Positions 45,975 through 55,870 of a DNA stretch of 64,000 nt are shown piece after piece. Source of the stretch: Parcubacteria group bacterium (GTDB lineage Bacteria; Patescibacteriota; Minisyncoccia; Phycocordibacterales; UBA2135). Location of the stretch: positions 24,981 through 88,980 of the forward strand of contig JACQLQ010000004.1 of assembly GCA_016204045.1 (NCBI GenBank). The letters run 5' to 3'. A program made the translations under genes and the position numbers. Numbering within the stretch: the stretch's first letter is position 1; every line of letters starts with the position of its first letter. The notes beneath the pieces are model-generated. The model was not told where the DNA came from. It did no database searches and saw nothing but the letters and a program-made list of their open reading frames with translations.

Positions 45975-47471
45975 CTAATAGTCAAGCGTGCTTTTAACAT
46001 CTATGTCTTGGGGGTTTTCTGGAAACTCCCCCTTCCAGAAGGGCCTGACCATAACTTCGGCCTTTATAACGCCCGAAAACTGACCCATGGCGTTTTTCAG
46101 GCTGTCTTTTGAACGGCCAGTAAGCGCTTCCTTAATCTTCTCGCTATCGAATTTCCAGACAAATTCTGGTTCACCCTTAAGCGAGAACGTAAGATGTGTG
46201 TCTTCCGCAGGATTGAAAGTATCTTTGTTTGCTATGGCAAACGCAAGTGTCGCTACGTTCGCAATTTCAATATCCTCCTCTTCCGTTAATTGCGGGAGTA
46301 GTTTACCGCCGAGGTAGGAGAAAAATGCCTCCCGAGGGAAAAGGATGCCGTAGAGTTTTCCTTCTTCGCGCACAACAACAGTGCGTTCGCTTACTTCAGA
46401 TTCTGCGCTCTTTAACGAGGGAGAAAATTTGATCAGTACTCCTTCGTCAAAAAGAATAAAGTCCGCGGGTTTCTCGGCAATCGCTTTTTCTACTAATTGC
46501 TTTTTGAGCGCACTGCGAAGCTCTTCTCGTATCTTTGTTTCTTCATCCTCCGCAATCGTCTTTACCGCGCCACTAAAGCCACCCTCAAGCGCAGTCGATG
46601 ATCGCGCATAAAATGCGGTATACCTAGGCGTCCCCTTAAAGCCGGGAACGGTAAACTCGGTTTTCTCAATATTGTATCGTTCCCCCGGCAAATCCGCGTG
46701 CACTGTTACTTCCACGCTACCTGGCACCAATGTTCCATCGACCTTGCTTTGACCTGGCACGACGACGGATTCGTAAATCCGATACACAAGCCCGCCCGCG
46801 GCTTCAAAACGGGTGTTGCGTATCAGTCGCTGTTCAGCACTGCTGTAGTTGTTGAAAATGGTGATTTTCCCCGACGCGCGGCGCTCGATGTTTTTCATTT
46901 CTGTTGCATTGACCTGTCGTTCGAGTGCCAAAGAGAGCTGCATCACCTCAAACGCAAGCGCGCCTTTTTCTCCTGGCTTAAGACCGCGCTCTGCGGCAAA
47001 GACGGCATTGAGTGCCATACTCTTTGTGCGTGGGGTGATGATGACCGTTGCGCTCTCAAAAAGCGTCGCAACAGAAAGAATGAGAAAGAGGACCGAGAGA
47101 GATGCCGCCCCCCACAACACGCCTCTTGAGTACCGACGTGGCGCGCCAGGTACTTTCATGGAAAACCCGGGGTGGAGTCCCGCTTCCGCTACTTTTGGAG
47201 TTTCCTTTCGCGCCTCCGGAGCTTTTACCTCCGCAGAAGCTCGATGCTCTTCAGACTTTCCCAATACGGTAGTCGATTTCAGTTCCCCCTCTGTCGTGTT
47301 TTTGGGTGAACGTTCAAATCTTGCGAATAATTTTGACTTCTTTTTGGTTAGAAAGCTATCTCGGGCGGGTAGGCTCCCGGATGGTTCTTTGATGCGGATG
47401 TCATTTATCTTTTTTCGCGGCATACGTGAGGATAGAGATATCCTAAGTATACCATATTTTTCGTGTGTCAA
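45975..47471 (-). CDS. Hypothetical membrane-anchored protein (ORF-track start is TTG; ATG at MPRKKIND about 47423 is the likely start)
   Basis: One TM (LWGAASLSVLFLILSVATLF), then a large extracytoplasmic domain with no recognisable motifs. Confidence 0.45.
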   Translation of the reverse strand: MTHEKYGILRISLSSRMPRKKINDIRIKEPSGSLPARDSFLTKKKSKLFARFERSPKNTTEGELKSTTVLGKSEEHRASAEVKAPEARKETPKVAEAGLHPGFSMKVPGAPRRYSRGVLWGAASLSVLFLILSVATLFESATVIITPRTKSMALNAVFAAERGLKPGEKGALAFEVMQLSLALERQVNATEMKNIERRASGKITIFNNYSSAEQRLIRNTRFEAAGGLVYRIYESVVVPGQSKVDGTLVPGSVEVTVHADLPGERYNIEKTEFTVPGFKGTPRYTAFYARSSTALEGGFSGAVKTIAEDEETKIREELRSALKKQLVEKAIAEKPADFILFDEGVLIKFSPSLKSAESEVSERTVVVREEGKLYGILFPREAFFSYLGGKLLPQLTEEEDIEIANVATLAFAIANKDTFNPAEDTHLTFSLKGEPEFVWKFDSEKIKEALTGRSKDSLKNAMGQFSGVIKAEVMVRPFWKGEFPENPQDIDVKSTLDY

Positions 47472-47588
47472 TCCCGTACGAAGTCGCGAACGCCCCCGTT
47501 CAAGTCAATGAAGTCCGCGGGTTTTTGTTAGGAACGCACCCCTTTTGCCAAGTATCTGCCTCCGTTCGCGTTCTACTTCGTACGGGAT
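47471..47588. repeat. Inverted-repeat element copy 3 (outer arms ATCCCGTACGAAGT/ACTTCGTACGGGAT, inner arms CGCGAACG/CGTTCGCG, about 70-nt spacer)
   Basis: Read from the sequence. It lies between the 398-aa gene stop and the 498-aa gene start. Confidence 0.6.
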
Positions 47589-47604
47589 CAACCCCCGCTC
47601 TCAA

Positions 47605-48801
47605 TTACACGAGGAAGACGGCTCGATCTGCAAAGATGGTTTCGGTGGTTAGGAAGGTGTCATCTTCACGGGGATTAGTAAGTTCAATGTGTGGTGCAAG
47701 TACTTCCCCGGAAAGAACATGGACAGGTACGCCACTATCAGCAAACACCGTCCCCAAAAGTGCCTCCTTAGCCAAGATTGTCTTGAGCCATCCAGCAAAT
47801 GCTGGATCCGCAGAGACAAATATCCCCTGCAGGAGAAAGGGTACGGGTGAAATAGAGGCAAGCGCCTTCCGTATCGCACGTAACAGCACGTCCTCTCGGT
47901 TTTTGACCAACGTTAAGATCCCAGAAGAAACATCTCGAGAGCTTTTACCGGTGAGTACGAGGGAAAGCAGTGATCTTGCCTCAGTCGCAGAGATGTTCTT
48001 TGCTTTCATGACGTCGCGCACAAAGATATTGGTGCCCATCGGAAATGAAAGCACGTCACGGAGCGCCCCGTCTGCGACGAGTCCGATCTCCACCACCTCA
48101 CCGCTCATGCGTACAAGGAGAGAATCGTCCACTTGGGGCCACAAATCGCGCACTCCCGCAAAGAGGGCAAACAGGTGGGAATGAAACGTTATCGGGGCGT
48201 TATGAAAAACGTGCGCGTACCCTTCGCGGATAATGCGGACGACATACTCTGGAGCGAGAGAAAGGTAGAGTGAGAGCGAAAGTTCTGTCCCGCGCTTTCC
48301 TTTTGGTGATACAACGGGATATCCGTTGACGGCTGCGCGCATAACATGTTTCTCGAGCAGCGTGACACTTTCCTTCCCAAAAGCTTTTTCACGAAAGCTC
48401 TCTGCCTCTTTGTCGAGAGATTGCTCCATTATTTCATCAGTAACAGTAAAGGGCTGGTCACGTTTTATCGTAATCGTCTTGGTGGCGATCGCATGCCAGG
48501 GCGCTCCGAGAACACAAACCACCTCGTCGGGTATGGTCCGCGCATATTCTCTGGGCACACGGAGCATCCCCTGTGTGGCAGTATCCTGCAGTACGGCCGT
48601 AAGCGTTGTCCCCATCCCGGCAAAAAATTTCTCAAAGTGGAGCGTGCTCTGAAACGGCATCTCCTTTCTTTTTGTGTAAAAGATGGTTGGTTTCCCGTCT
48701 TTGCGCAAGAGTGCAAGCGCGACTCCGATAGAAGCGCTCCCCACATCTATAATGACAGCGAGTCTTTCTGTCTTGCTACCCCAGGAGGAGAAGATTCCCA
48801 T
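47605..48801 (-). CDS. Actin-like ATPase superfamily protein (FtsA/PilM-like)
   Basis: 398 aa. N-terminal phosphate-1-like AVIIDVGSASIGVAL, later VRMSGEVVEIGLVADGAL. The assignment is weak. Confidence 0.4.
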   Translation of the reverse strand: MGIFSSWGSKTERLAVIIDVGSASIGVALALLRKDGKPTIFYTKRKEMPFQSTLHFEKFFAGMGTTLTAVLQDTATQGMLRVPREYARTIPDEVVCVLGAPWHAIATKTITIKRDQPFTVTDEIMEQSLDKEAESFREKAFGKESVTLLEKHVMRAAVNGYPVVSPKGKRGTELSLSLYLSLAPEYVVRIIREGYAHVFHNAPITFHSHLFALFAGVRDLWPQVDDSLLVRMSGEVVEIGLVADGALRDVLSFPMGTNIFVRDVMKAKNISATEARSLLSLVLTGKSSRDVSSGILTLVKNREDVLLRAIRKALASISPVPFLLQGIFVSADPAFAGWLKTILAKEALLGTVFADSGVPVHVLSGEVLAPHIELTNPREDDTFLTTETIFADRAVFLV

Positions 48802-48853
48802 GTTGGTATTGTAGCATGGACAGACCTTGTTCGCGTTTTATATTTGTGGAAAA

Positions 48854-48882
48854 TTGACTGGTTATTGAGGAGGTGCTATAGA
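48854..48882 (+). promoter_or_regulatory. Promoter TTGACT-17 nt-TATAGA for the 48891 gene
   Basis: Hexamers with 17-nt spacing ending 9 nt before the ATG. Confidence 0.4.
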
Positions 48883-48890
48883 GACTGGAG

Positions 48891-49337
48891 ATGTGTGCTG
48901 CGGGGTTTCGCACGATGTCTGAAATCGAAGCGTATGATGGCGACGTATTTGAAGTCGGCGTACCGCCCCATGAAAAGACTGAGACCATCATTATTTACCT
49001 CGGAATGCTCTCGCGATTCAAAAAGCTTAAGCGGGTGCAGTCGTTGCCCCGAAGCGCAATAATGCGGGCAGCCGCAGAGTTCAGGAAGAAACTGCCGCTT
49101 GATAGCCAATTTTCAGAGGAGGCACTTCATCAAATGGGTTCGGAGGTGATGGGGACTGCCCTAGAGCTTTTGAGCCATGAAGACGACATCAAACCGGAAG
49201 AGGCGGTTGAGGCTAAGCCGGATCCCACCTATCTCATCAGGCTACTCGACAATGAAGAGGCTATCGCAGATGTGCTTCTCGCAGCCGTAGAGATGACTCA
49301 AGTAACTAAGATTAAAACGGAGAAGGGAGCAGAGTAG
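48891..49337 (+). CDS. Hypothetical acidic protein (only plus-strand gene in this region)
   Basis: 148 aa, no recognisable domain. Flanked by its own promoter and a bidirectional terminator. Confidence 0.4.
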   Translation: MCAAGFRTMSEIEAYDGDVFEVGVPPHEKTETIIIYLGMLSRFKKLKRVQSLPRSAIMRAAAEFRKKLPLDSQFSEEALHQMGSEVMGTALELLSHEDDIKPEEAVEAKPDPTYLIRLLDNEEAIADVLLAAVEMTQVTKIKTEKGAE

Positions 49338-49366
49338 ACAAAAACCGCCATGACAGCGGTTTTTTT
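49338..49366. terminator. Bidirectional intrinsic terminator (convergent 148-aa gene and prfA)
   Basis: AAAAACCGC-CATGACA-GCGGTTTTTTT. The T-tract abuts and overlaps the prfA stop codon. Confidence 0.7.
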
Positions 49367-50321
49367 AGAGTTCGTTTGTAGCCTCTTTCCCAAACGCATT
49401 CACAATGTCATCAATCTCACCCGCCATAATCCGCTCAATCCCGTGCCAGGACTCTTTGATGCGGTGGTCAGTGACACGATCCTGGGGGAAGTTGTACGTC
49501 CTGATCTTTTCCGAACGATCTGCGCGGCCGATCTGTTCTTTTCGAGTTTGTGCCATCGCTGTTGCCGCCTTTTCCTCTTCAGCTTCCGCTATTTTCGCCG
49601 CAAGAACACTCATGGCACGCTCACGGTTCTTCTGTTGGCTCCGCTCTGCGGTTGCGCGTACAACAACGCCGGAGGGTTTGTGGAGGACACGGACTGCGGT
49701 TTCTACCTTGTTCACATTCTGCCCCCCAGGGCCACCCGCCCGCGAAAAAGTCACCTCAATATCGGCTGGATTGATTTGAACATCGGACGTCTTTCGAATC
49801 GGGAGAACAGCAACCGAAGCAGTCGAGGTGTGGATACGCCCCTGTTTCTCGGTGTCCGGAATACGCTGTACGCGGTGTACGCCTGTCTCAAATTTAAGTG
49901 CGTCATATACTCCTAGCCCCTTTATTTCAAAAGACGCCTCTTTGTAACCCCCGAGTTCAGACTGTGATTCATCAATTTTCGTGAAGCTCCAACCTTTCTT
50001 CGTGGCATATCGTCCGTACATCTCTGCAAGCTCAAACGCAAAGAGCGACGCCTCGTCGCCTCCTGCGCCAGCACGCACTTCCAAAATGACCTCCCTTGGG
50101 GATGCCTCTTCTTCTTTGTCTGATGCGAGTATCTCTTCCATTTGCTTTGAGAGAGCGCTCTTCTGTCCGGCAATTCGTGTGCGTTCATCTTCGGCCAATT
50201 CCTTCATGGACGGATCGTCTTCCGCCATGTGGACGAGGTTTGCCTCTTCCTCATCGAGCTTTTCGTACATCTCTGCGAGATATCGGGTTTTTTGGTTTTT
50301 CTTGTATCCTTCAAGATCCAT
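49365..50321 (-). CDS. prfA: Peptide chain release factor 1 (short form)
   Basis: 318 aa. GGQ motif ([16 protein letters not shown]). The tripeptide region [14 protein letters not shown] is PxT-type rather than SPF. No in-frame TGA or frameshift context. Confidence 0.75.
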   Translation of the reverse strand: MDLEGYKKNQKTRYLAEMYEKLDEEEANLVHMAEDDPSMKELAEDERTRIAGQKSALSKQMEEILASDKEEEASPREVILEVRAGAGGDEASLFAFELAEMYGRYATKKGWSFTKIDESQSELGGYKEASFEIKGLGVYDALKFETGVHRVQRIPDTEKQGRIHTSTASVAVLPIRKTSDVQINPADIEVTFSRAGGPGGQNVNKVETAVRVLHKPSGVVVRATAERSQQKNRERAMSVLAAKIAEAEEEKAATAMAQTRKEQIGRADRSEKIRTYNFPQDRVTDHRIKESWHGIERIMAGEIDDIVNAFGKEATNEL

Positions 50322-50323
50322 AA

Positions 50324-51283
50324 TTAATAAGTAGATAGTATCTCCATTACTTCGTCAAACTCCTTACCGACACTTTGCGAATCAAGCTCCCCCTTTCTCG
50401 CGTGCGTCCAAAGTCCCCAGATGAGGTTCGAGACGGCGCGCTCTTTCATGCGCTCCCCAACAAGCGTCTCAAACTCTTCGCGCGGCATTTTTATTGGATA
50501 TGCCTCAAGCATTTTTCCTTTTATGACTTCGAAATCGTTCCTACTCTTAATCGACGTGAGGAACACAGCGAGCATAAAAGCGGGGTCGCCGTATGAGACC
50601 TGCTCCCAATTAAGAAAACGGAAACCGTCAGAGGTTTTCAGGAGGTGTCCAATATGCGCGCTTTCAAAGATAAACGTCTCTCCATAATTGTTTATTGTTT
50701 TCTCCAGGCGTGGTTCAAACGCATCAAGCATTCTCTCTGCTTGCGGCAACAATTCATCCGCAATACGTGTACTCCACACCGCTGCCCGCGATTCCTCTGC
50801 GGCGACGAGAAGTCGCGCTTTCCACGTTTTGCGATTTCTCTCGTAGCTCTTCATCGGTTCCTCAAAAAATGCGGCGCCCTTTTTAACTGGGATGCGGGCA
50901 ATGTTCGAGAAGAACCGCGCGATTGATGCCGCATCGTCATAGATATTGCCGATACTTTCCCCTTTCACATACTCCTCGAGAAGCGCGCTTTCTCCAAAGA
51001 AGTCACCGGTCGAGTAGAGCGGCCGAGGAGCGACGGTGTACGGCTCGACATACGTGAGCACTTCATATTCAGTCCTAGTACCACGTTTCTGGTCACCCCA
51101 TTCCGGACCCTTGAAACGGAGCACCATCCGCTCCACCCCCACTTCAAGCAAAAAGTTGAAGTGTCCCGAATAGGGCTTGGGGTCGATGTCCGTAATACGA
51201 AACTCACCTTTTGCAAATGAACCCAGAGGGTCGTTTGAGCGGAGCCATTTGGATATCTCTTCAATACTAGGGGCCTTCTGCAT
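50324..51283 (-). CDS. Phosphotransferase (APH/choline-kinase-like protein-kinase fold) family protein
   Basis: 319 aa. Catalytic loop-like [20 protein letters not shown] and [10 protein letters not shown] (Brenner/D-x-x-x-x-N-like motifs). Confidence 0.5.
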   Translation of the reverse strand: MQKAPSIEEISKWLRSNDPLGSFAKGEFRITDIDPKPYSGHFNFLLEVGVERMVLRFKGPEWGDQKRGTRTEYEVLTYVEPYTVAPRPLYSTGDFFGESALLEEYVKGESIGNIYDDAASIARFFSNIARIPVKKGAAFFEEPMKSYERNRKTWKARLLVAAEESRAAVWSTRIADELLPQAERMLDAFEPRLEKTINNYGETFIFESAHIGHLLKTSDGFRFLNWEQVSYGDPAFMLAVFLTSIKSRNDFEVIKGKMLEAYPIKMPREEFETLVGERMKERAVSNLIWGLWTHARKGELDSQSVGKEFDEVMEILSTY

Positions 51284-51298
51284 TCTCTGATTGTACCA

Positions 51299-51372
51299 AT
51301 CCCGTTAGAAGTAGGGAATCATGAACATCTTAATTGCAACCAACTTTTGATTCCCGCGACTTCTAATGGGAT
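51299..51372. repeat. Inverted-repeat element copy 4 (outer arms ATCCCGTTAGAAGT/ACTTCTAATGGGAT, inner arms AGGGAATCA/TGATTCCC, 26-nt spacer)
   Basis: Read from the sequence. It lies 15 nt upstream of the 51283 ATG, directly after the rpmE terminator. Confidence 0.55.
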
Positions 51373-51403
51373 AACAAAAACCGCGAGGGTTGGTCCTACG
51401 CGG
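51373..51403 (-). terminator. Terminator-like hairpin of rpmE (overlaps its stop codon)
   Basis: CCGCG...CGCGG stem (5 bp, 13-nt loop) with an A-tract on the plus strand, hence a U-tract in the minus-strand RNA. The structure is weak. Confidence 0.4.
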
Positions 51404-51650
51404 CTTTTGTCTTCTTTGCTTTTGGTTTGGTTGTCTGCTTCTTTTCCTCTGCAGAGCGTCTCTTTGCCCTGAACTTTTCTACACGGCCGGCGGTGTCGAG
51501 AATCTTCTCTTGGCCGGTATAAAACGGGTGACATTCCGAGCAAATTTCGACATCAATCTTTTCCTTGGTTGAGCCCACTGCGAAAGAGTTACCGCAAACG
51601 CAGGTTGCTTTGGCACCAGGATAATATTGGGGGTGAATTTCCTTCTTCAT
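51396..51650 (-). CDS. rpmE: 50S ribosomal protein L31
   Basis: 84 aa. [10 protein letters not shown]...CVCGNSF...[10 protein letters not shown] zinc-ribbon L31 type A. Confidence 0.9.
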   Translation of the reverse strand: MKKEIHPQYYPGAKATCVCGNSFAVGSTKEKIDVEICSECHPFYTGQEKILDTAGRVEKFRAKRRSAEEKKQTTKPKAKKTKAA

Positions 51651-51687
51651 AGTAGATATTATGATATACCAGATGCTAGTTATTTTT

Positions 51688-53019
51688 TCAAGACCCCGCC
51701 AAAATATCTATTTGTTTTTGGTACTTCGTCGCGAGGCCCATAACGTCATCACCGTAAAACGCATAAGCGGCTTTCTTGGCGTTGTTCCATCCGGCAAAGT
51801 AGCGGAGTGCTGCCAATCGCTCTGCGTCATATGTCCCCTTTCCGGCACCGTTGTCCTTTAAGAGAAGAGCGGCAGCAAGGAATGCGTGTTTCGGATCCCA
51901 CGGATTTGCGATTTCGACACCGGCAATAGAGGCAACTTGTTTTTCCACAAGGACCCATGTCGAAGGAATGAATTGCGCCGGACCCATTGCCCCGCCCCAT
52001 CCATACCAGGGCTTCGCGGATACGGGCATCCTGTCTGGGTCAAAGCCAAGACGTCGAGTTATCTCCTCGAAGATCGGTCTGTCACGAGTCGGGTGCATAT
52101 CGGTCTTCCAGTTTCCCGTGCCAACGTTTTCACCAAGATTAGACTCTTCGGCGATGACACCGAGAATGAGTGCTGTGCGAATGCCCGTCTTTTGAGATGC
52201 GAAGTTGGCAAGTTCGAGTGCCCGTTCAAAGGGAATTGCGTCCGAACCACGGAGTTGGAAGAGTTCGCTTCGGATTACGGCCGCATCCCTCTCTGTTGCC
52301 GCGACAACGCGGGCATATATCTCCTCATGCCCTTTAGTTATGTCGAGAAGGCGCTTCTTCTCCGCCTTACCCTCAACGATACGACGCTTCTGCAGTTCCT
52401 GGATTTGCCGGAGCTCTTGCTCTTCGGTGCGCTTTTCGGCGAGGGTATCGCGTTCGCGCTTGGTTGTTTGTTTGGTAGATTCTATTTCCTGAAAGGAGGC
52501 GTGGAGGGAGCGATTAATCGAAGCAAACGCGTCAAGGTCATGGAAAAAATCGGAAACATTTTGGTTTGCAAAGACCACTTCAACCACGGTCACCGAATCG
52601 AGTTCGTGAGTCTTCCTGATAAGTTCGGCGAGCGAGTCCTTTTCGCGTTCTAACTTGGCAGACAAATCCCCTATCGTTGCTTCCTTGCCATTGATGTCGC
52701 TCGAGAGACGGCGAATTACGAGATCTCGTTGCCGTATGGAAAGCTCGGCGGCCTCAATCTGCGCATCCAAAATGGCAACATCTCGTTCGAGAGAAACGGT
52801 CTTGCGTTGTTGTTCTCGCAAGATCTCGCGCTGGCGCTCAATCTCTGCTTCGAGCTTCACGAGCTCGCTCTCTAGTTCCGCTCTGCGCTCGAGGACGTCC
52901 GCCCCTGTTGCTTGCCCCAATACGGGCAAAGCCCACCCTGCGGTGAGCACAACAATAAATGACGAGACTATAAGTTTGGAGAAAGGAGACAATGTTACCA
53001 TTGTACCACACCGTAACAC
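51688..53019 (-). CDS. Coiled-coil protein with C-terminal lytic transglycosylase (MltB/Slt-like) domain
   Basis: 443 aa. TM/signal, about 250 aa heptad repeats, C-terminal [16 protein letters not shown] and ...DNGAGKG... motifs. Confidence 0.6.
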   Translation of the reverse strand: MLRCGTMVTLSPFSKLIVSSFIVVLTAGWALPVLGQATGADVLERRAELESELVKLEAEIERQREILREQQRKTVSLERDVAILDAQIEAAELSIRQRDLVIRRLSSDINGKEATIGDLSAKLEREKDSLAELIRKTHELDSVTVVEVVFANQNVSDFFHDLDAFASINRSLHASFQEIESTKQTTKRERDTLAEKRTEEQELRQIQELQKRRIVEGKAEKKRLLDITKGHEEIYARVVAATERDAAVIRSELFQLRGSDAIPFERALELANFASQKTGIRTALILGVIAEESNLGENVGTGNWKTDMHPTRDRPIFEEITRRLGFDPDRMPVSAKPWYGWGGAMGPAQFIPSTWVLVEKQVASIAGVEIANPWDPKHAFLAAALLLKDNGAGKGTYDAERLAALRYFAGWNNAKKAAYAFYGDDVMGLATKYQKQIDILAGS

Positions 53020-53024
53020 TGCTA

Positions 53025-53705
53025 TTATTTCTTCTCTTGCTTCTTTTCTTTAGGAGCTTCTTCGCCGGGGATTTCCTCCTCTTCTTTCTTGCCCTTCTCT
53101 TCTACTTCAATCTTCGATGCGTCGAACTCTGCCGGTGCTACCTCTTCTTCTTTCGCCACGGCAATTGCGGCAATAATCTCTTCAGGGCCTGTCACAAGCT
53201 CAATACCGGCCGGCAATGCGATATCTCTTGCGGCAATACGGCTTTCAAGTGTTGCGAGTGGAGCAATGTCGACGACAATTTCTTGCGGAAGATCTTTTGG
53301 AAGACCGCGAACTTCGAGTTCGTAGAGCACTTTAACAAGTGTGCCTCCCAACTCTTTAACGGCTACCGATTCTCCCGTAAATTCGATCGGGACCTTCACT
53401 TCAACAGCGCGGTCTGCCTCAATAGCATAAAAATCAACGTGCGTCGGCTGGCCACGTACAGGGTCGCGTGAAATATCTTGAATGAGAACATCCTTATTCC
53501 CTCCGTCATTGAATACGAGGCGGATAATCGAAGACTCGCCGTCCATGTTCAACACGCGCCCAAAGTCGGTTGCTTCTATAAAGACAGGGGTGGACTTCTC
53601 TTTGCGTCCGTAAAAAACAGCCGGGATTTTACCCGTTTTTCGAAGTTTATTGACCTTTCTGCCGAGAATATCGCGCTTTTCGGCCTTGAGTTCTAGCGTT
53701 TGCAT
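53025..53705 (-). CDS. rplY: 50S ribosomal protein L25 / general stress protein Ctc
   Basis: 226 aa. The N-terminal L25 beta-barrel (LELKAEKRDILGRKVNKLRKTGKIPAVFYG) plus an acidic C-terminal extension. Confidence 0.88.
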   Translation of the reverse strand: MQTLELKAEKRDILGRKVNKLRKTGKIPAVFYGRKEKSTPVFIEATDFGRVLNMDGESSIIRLVFNDGGNKDVLIQDISRDPVRGQPTHVDFYAIEADRAVEVKVPIEFTGESVAVKELGGTLVKVLYELEVRGLPKDLPQEIVVDIAPLATLESRIAARDIALPAGIELVTGPEEIIAAIAVAKEEEVAPAEFDASKIEVEEKGKKEEEEIPGEEAPKEKKQEKK

Positions 53706-53763
53706 GTTCTCTACTATACCTCCCTTCCGATAAAAAGCAACCCCTACAAGCTATTCTGTTCCC

Positions 53764-54735
53764 CTACCCCTTAATGGCGGTGGGTGCTTCTCCTCCTTCG
53801 AGTACCGCGATAATGTTCTTTGCGGCAAGTTCTGCCATTGCTGCGCGAGTTTCTTCCGTACCCGAAGCAATGTGCGGTGTGATGATGACATTGGCAAGCC
53901 CCGCGAGACCGGGTGCAAGCGCGGGTTCGTTCTCAAAGACATCGAGAGCGGCGCCACGAATGGTCTTGTTACGAAGCGCTTCGACGAGCGCTACCTCGTC
54001 CACAACTGGCCCGCGTGAGGTGTTCACGAGATATGCAGTGGACTTCATTTGCGAGAAACGCTCTGTGTTAATGAGATGTCGTGTGGATGGAAGAAGCGGC
54101 ACATGAATGGAGACAAAATCCGCCTCTGCCAAAAGATCTTCGAGTTTCTCCCTGTACTCCGCCCCCGCCTCTTTCTCGATATCTGCGTTTGGTTTTACAT
54201 CGGTATAGATGATTTTCATGTCAAAACCGCGTGCGCCATGATACGCAACCCGCGCGCCAATGCGCCCCGCACCGACAATACCCAATGTCTTTCCGAAGAG
54301 ATCGTTCCCAAGGAGTAATTCCGGAGCCCACTCTTTGTATTTCCCCTCCCTGGTAAAGCCATCTGCCTCGACAATGCGGTGAGCAATGGCGAGCATGAGT
54401 GCGAAGGTGTGTTCCGCAACAGTATTCGTCAAAACACCCGGTGTGTTTGAGACGATAACGCTACGCTCCTTTACTGCGGCAAGGTCAATGTTATCAAAAC
54501 CAACAGCATAGTTCGCAAAAATCTTTACCGTTGGTGCCGCGTCAAGCGCTTCTCCGTCTATACGGTCGAGCAGTGTGCATAGCACCGCATCATACTCTTT
54601 ACCTCGGAGGACACCCAAAAACTCCTCTCTTGTGAGAGCGCCATTTTTGGGAGATACATCCACTTCATAGCCCTTTTCCTGAAGCATTCGCACCCCAGCG
54701 CCTGGAATTTTCCTTGTTATATAGATACGCGGCAT
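53764..54735 (-). CDS. D-isomer-specific 2-hydroxyacid dehydrogenase (glyoxylate/hydroxypyruvate reductase-like)
   Basis: Start trimmed to MPRIYITRKIPG. NAD-binding GIVGAGRIGARVA, catalytic R/E/H triad context. Confidence 0.75.
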   Translation of the reverse strand: MPRIYITRKIPGAGVRMLQEKGYEVDVSPKNGALTREEFLGVLRGKEYDAVLCTLLDRIDGEALDAAPTVKIFANYAVGFDNIDLAAVKERSVIVSNTPGVLTNTVAEHTFALMLAIAHRIVEADGFTREGKYKEWAPELLLGNDLFGKTLGIVGAGRIGARVAYHGARGFDMKIIYTDVKPNADIEKEAGAEYREKLEDLLAEADFVSIHVPLLPSTRHLINTERFSQMKSTAYLVNTSRGPVVDEVALVEALRNKTIRGAALDVFENEPALAPGLAGLANVIITPHIASGTEETRAAMAELAAKNIIAVLEGGEAPTAIKG

Positions 54736-54816
54736 AGAGAAGTCACAATTCTGATAATCGTAATACACGTATTCTATCACATGCGGATGCGCCTGTGATA
54801 CAATGGAGGGACACAT

Positions 54817-55812
54817 ATGGCAAAAGAATTTGATTTCGTCGCAATTGGCGACATAACGACCGACGCATTTATCCGCCTCTCCGGAGATGACGCGACGGTC
54901 GAGACAAAAGACGGGAAGATGAAGAGGATTTGCCTTATCTTTGGTGACAAAATTGAATATGATGATCTCGTTGAAGTCGCAGCAGTTGGGAACAGTCCCA
55001 ATGCGGCTGTCTCTGCAAAGAGGCTAGGTCTCTCTTCTGCAATCGCCACGAACATGGGCGACGACTACCATGGCGAAACCCAACTTGCTCAACTAAAAAA
55101 GGAGGGGGTTGCAACAGATTTTGTGCGGATACACAAAGGAACGGAGAGCAATTACCATTTCGTGCTCTGGTACGGAGCAGAGCGCACTATCTTGGTAAAG
55201 CACCACCAGTATCCTTATCTGCTACCAGACATCGGAACTCCACAATGGGTGTACCTCTCTTCCTTGGGAGAACACTCCCTCCCCTTTCACGAAGCAATCG
55301 CCGCATACATTAAGGACCACCCATCAACAAAACTCACCTTCCAGCCCGGCACATTCCAGATTCGCTTGGGCTACGAAGCGCTCAAAAATATTTACGCCGT
55401 TACCGAACTTTTTTTCTGCAATCTGGAAGAGTCGCAGCGTATTTTGAAGACGGAAGAGAAGGACATTAAGAAACTCCTCTCCAGGGTACGTGAACTTGGA
55501 CCAAGGATCGTCGTCATAACCGACGGACCGAACGGTGCCTACACATACGACGGCGAAGAGGTGTGGTATATCCCGATGTACCCTGATCCAAAACCCCCGG
55601 TAAACAGAACTGGCGCTGGTGACGCATTCGCTTCTACCTTTACCTCCCTTCTCGCGCTCGGCAAATCTGTGCCCGACGCGCTCAAACTCGCTCCCATCAA
55701 CTCAATGTCGGTCGTGCAATTCATCGGCGCGCAAAAAGGCCTCCTCTCCTTAGACGAGCTTGAAGCATGGTTTGCAAAAGCACCGGAAGGATACGCGCCA
55801 ACTAAACTTTAG
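54817..55812 (+). CDS. PfkB-family carbohydrate kinase (ribokinase-like)
   Basis: 331 aa. N-terminal GG-like motif (VAIGDITTDAF), C-terminal NRTGAGDAFASTF signature. Confidence 0.75.
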   Translation: MAKEFDFVAIGDITTDAFIRLSGDDATVETKDGKMKRICLIFGDKIEYDDLVEVAAVGNSPNAAVSAKRLGLSSAIATNMGDDYHGETQLAQLKKEGVATDFVRIHKGTESNYHFVLWYGAERTILVKHHQYPYLLPDIGTPQWVYLSSLGEHSLPFHEAIAAYIKDHPSTKLTFQPGTFQIRLGYEALKNIYAVTELFFCNLEESQRILKTEEKDIKKLLSRVRELGPRIVVITDGPNGAYTYDGEEVWYIPMYPDPKPPVNRTGAGDAFASTFTSLLALGKSVPDALKLAPINSMSVVQFIGAQKGLLSLDELEAWFAKAPEGYAPTKL

Positions 55813-55823
55813 GATTGAGTTGG

Positions 55824-55858
55824 AAAAACCCGCTCCGACTATTGCCGGAGCGGGTTTT
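55824..55858. terminator. Bidirectional intrinsic terminator (convergent pfkB-family and Sel1-repeat genes)
   Basis: 9-bp stem CCCGCTCCG/CGGAGCGGG, loop ACTATTGC, flanked by AAAAA and TTTTG. Confidence 0.65.
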
Positions 55859-55870
55859 GTAGTAACCCAT

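Noticed and set aside
49365-50321. Programmed +1 frameshift (prfB-type) in the release-factor gene
   Set aside because: The gene is a single uninterrupted ORF with a PxT-type (RF1-like) tripeptide and no CUU UGA C shift site.
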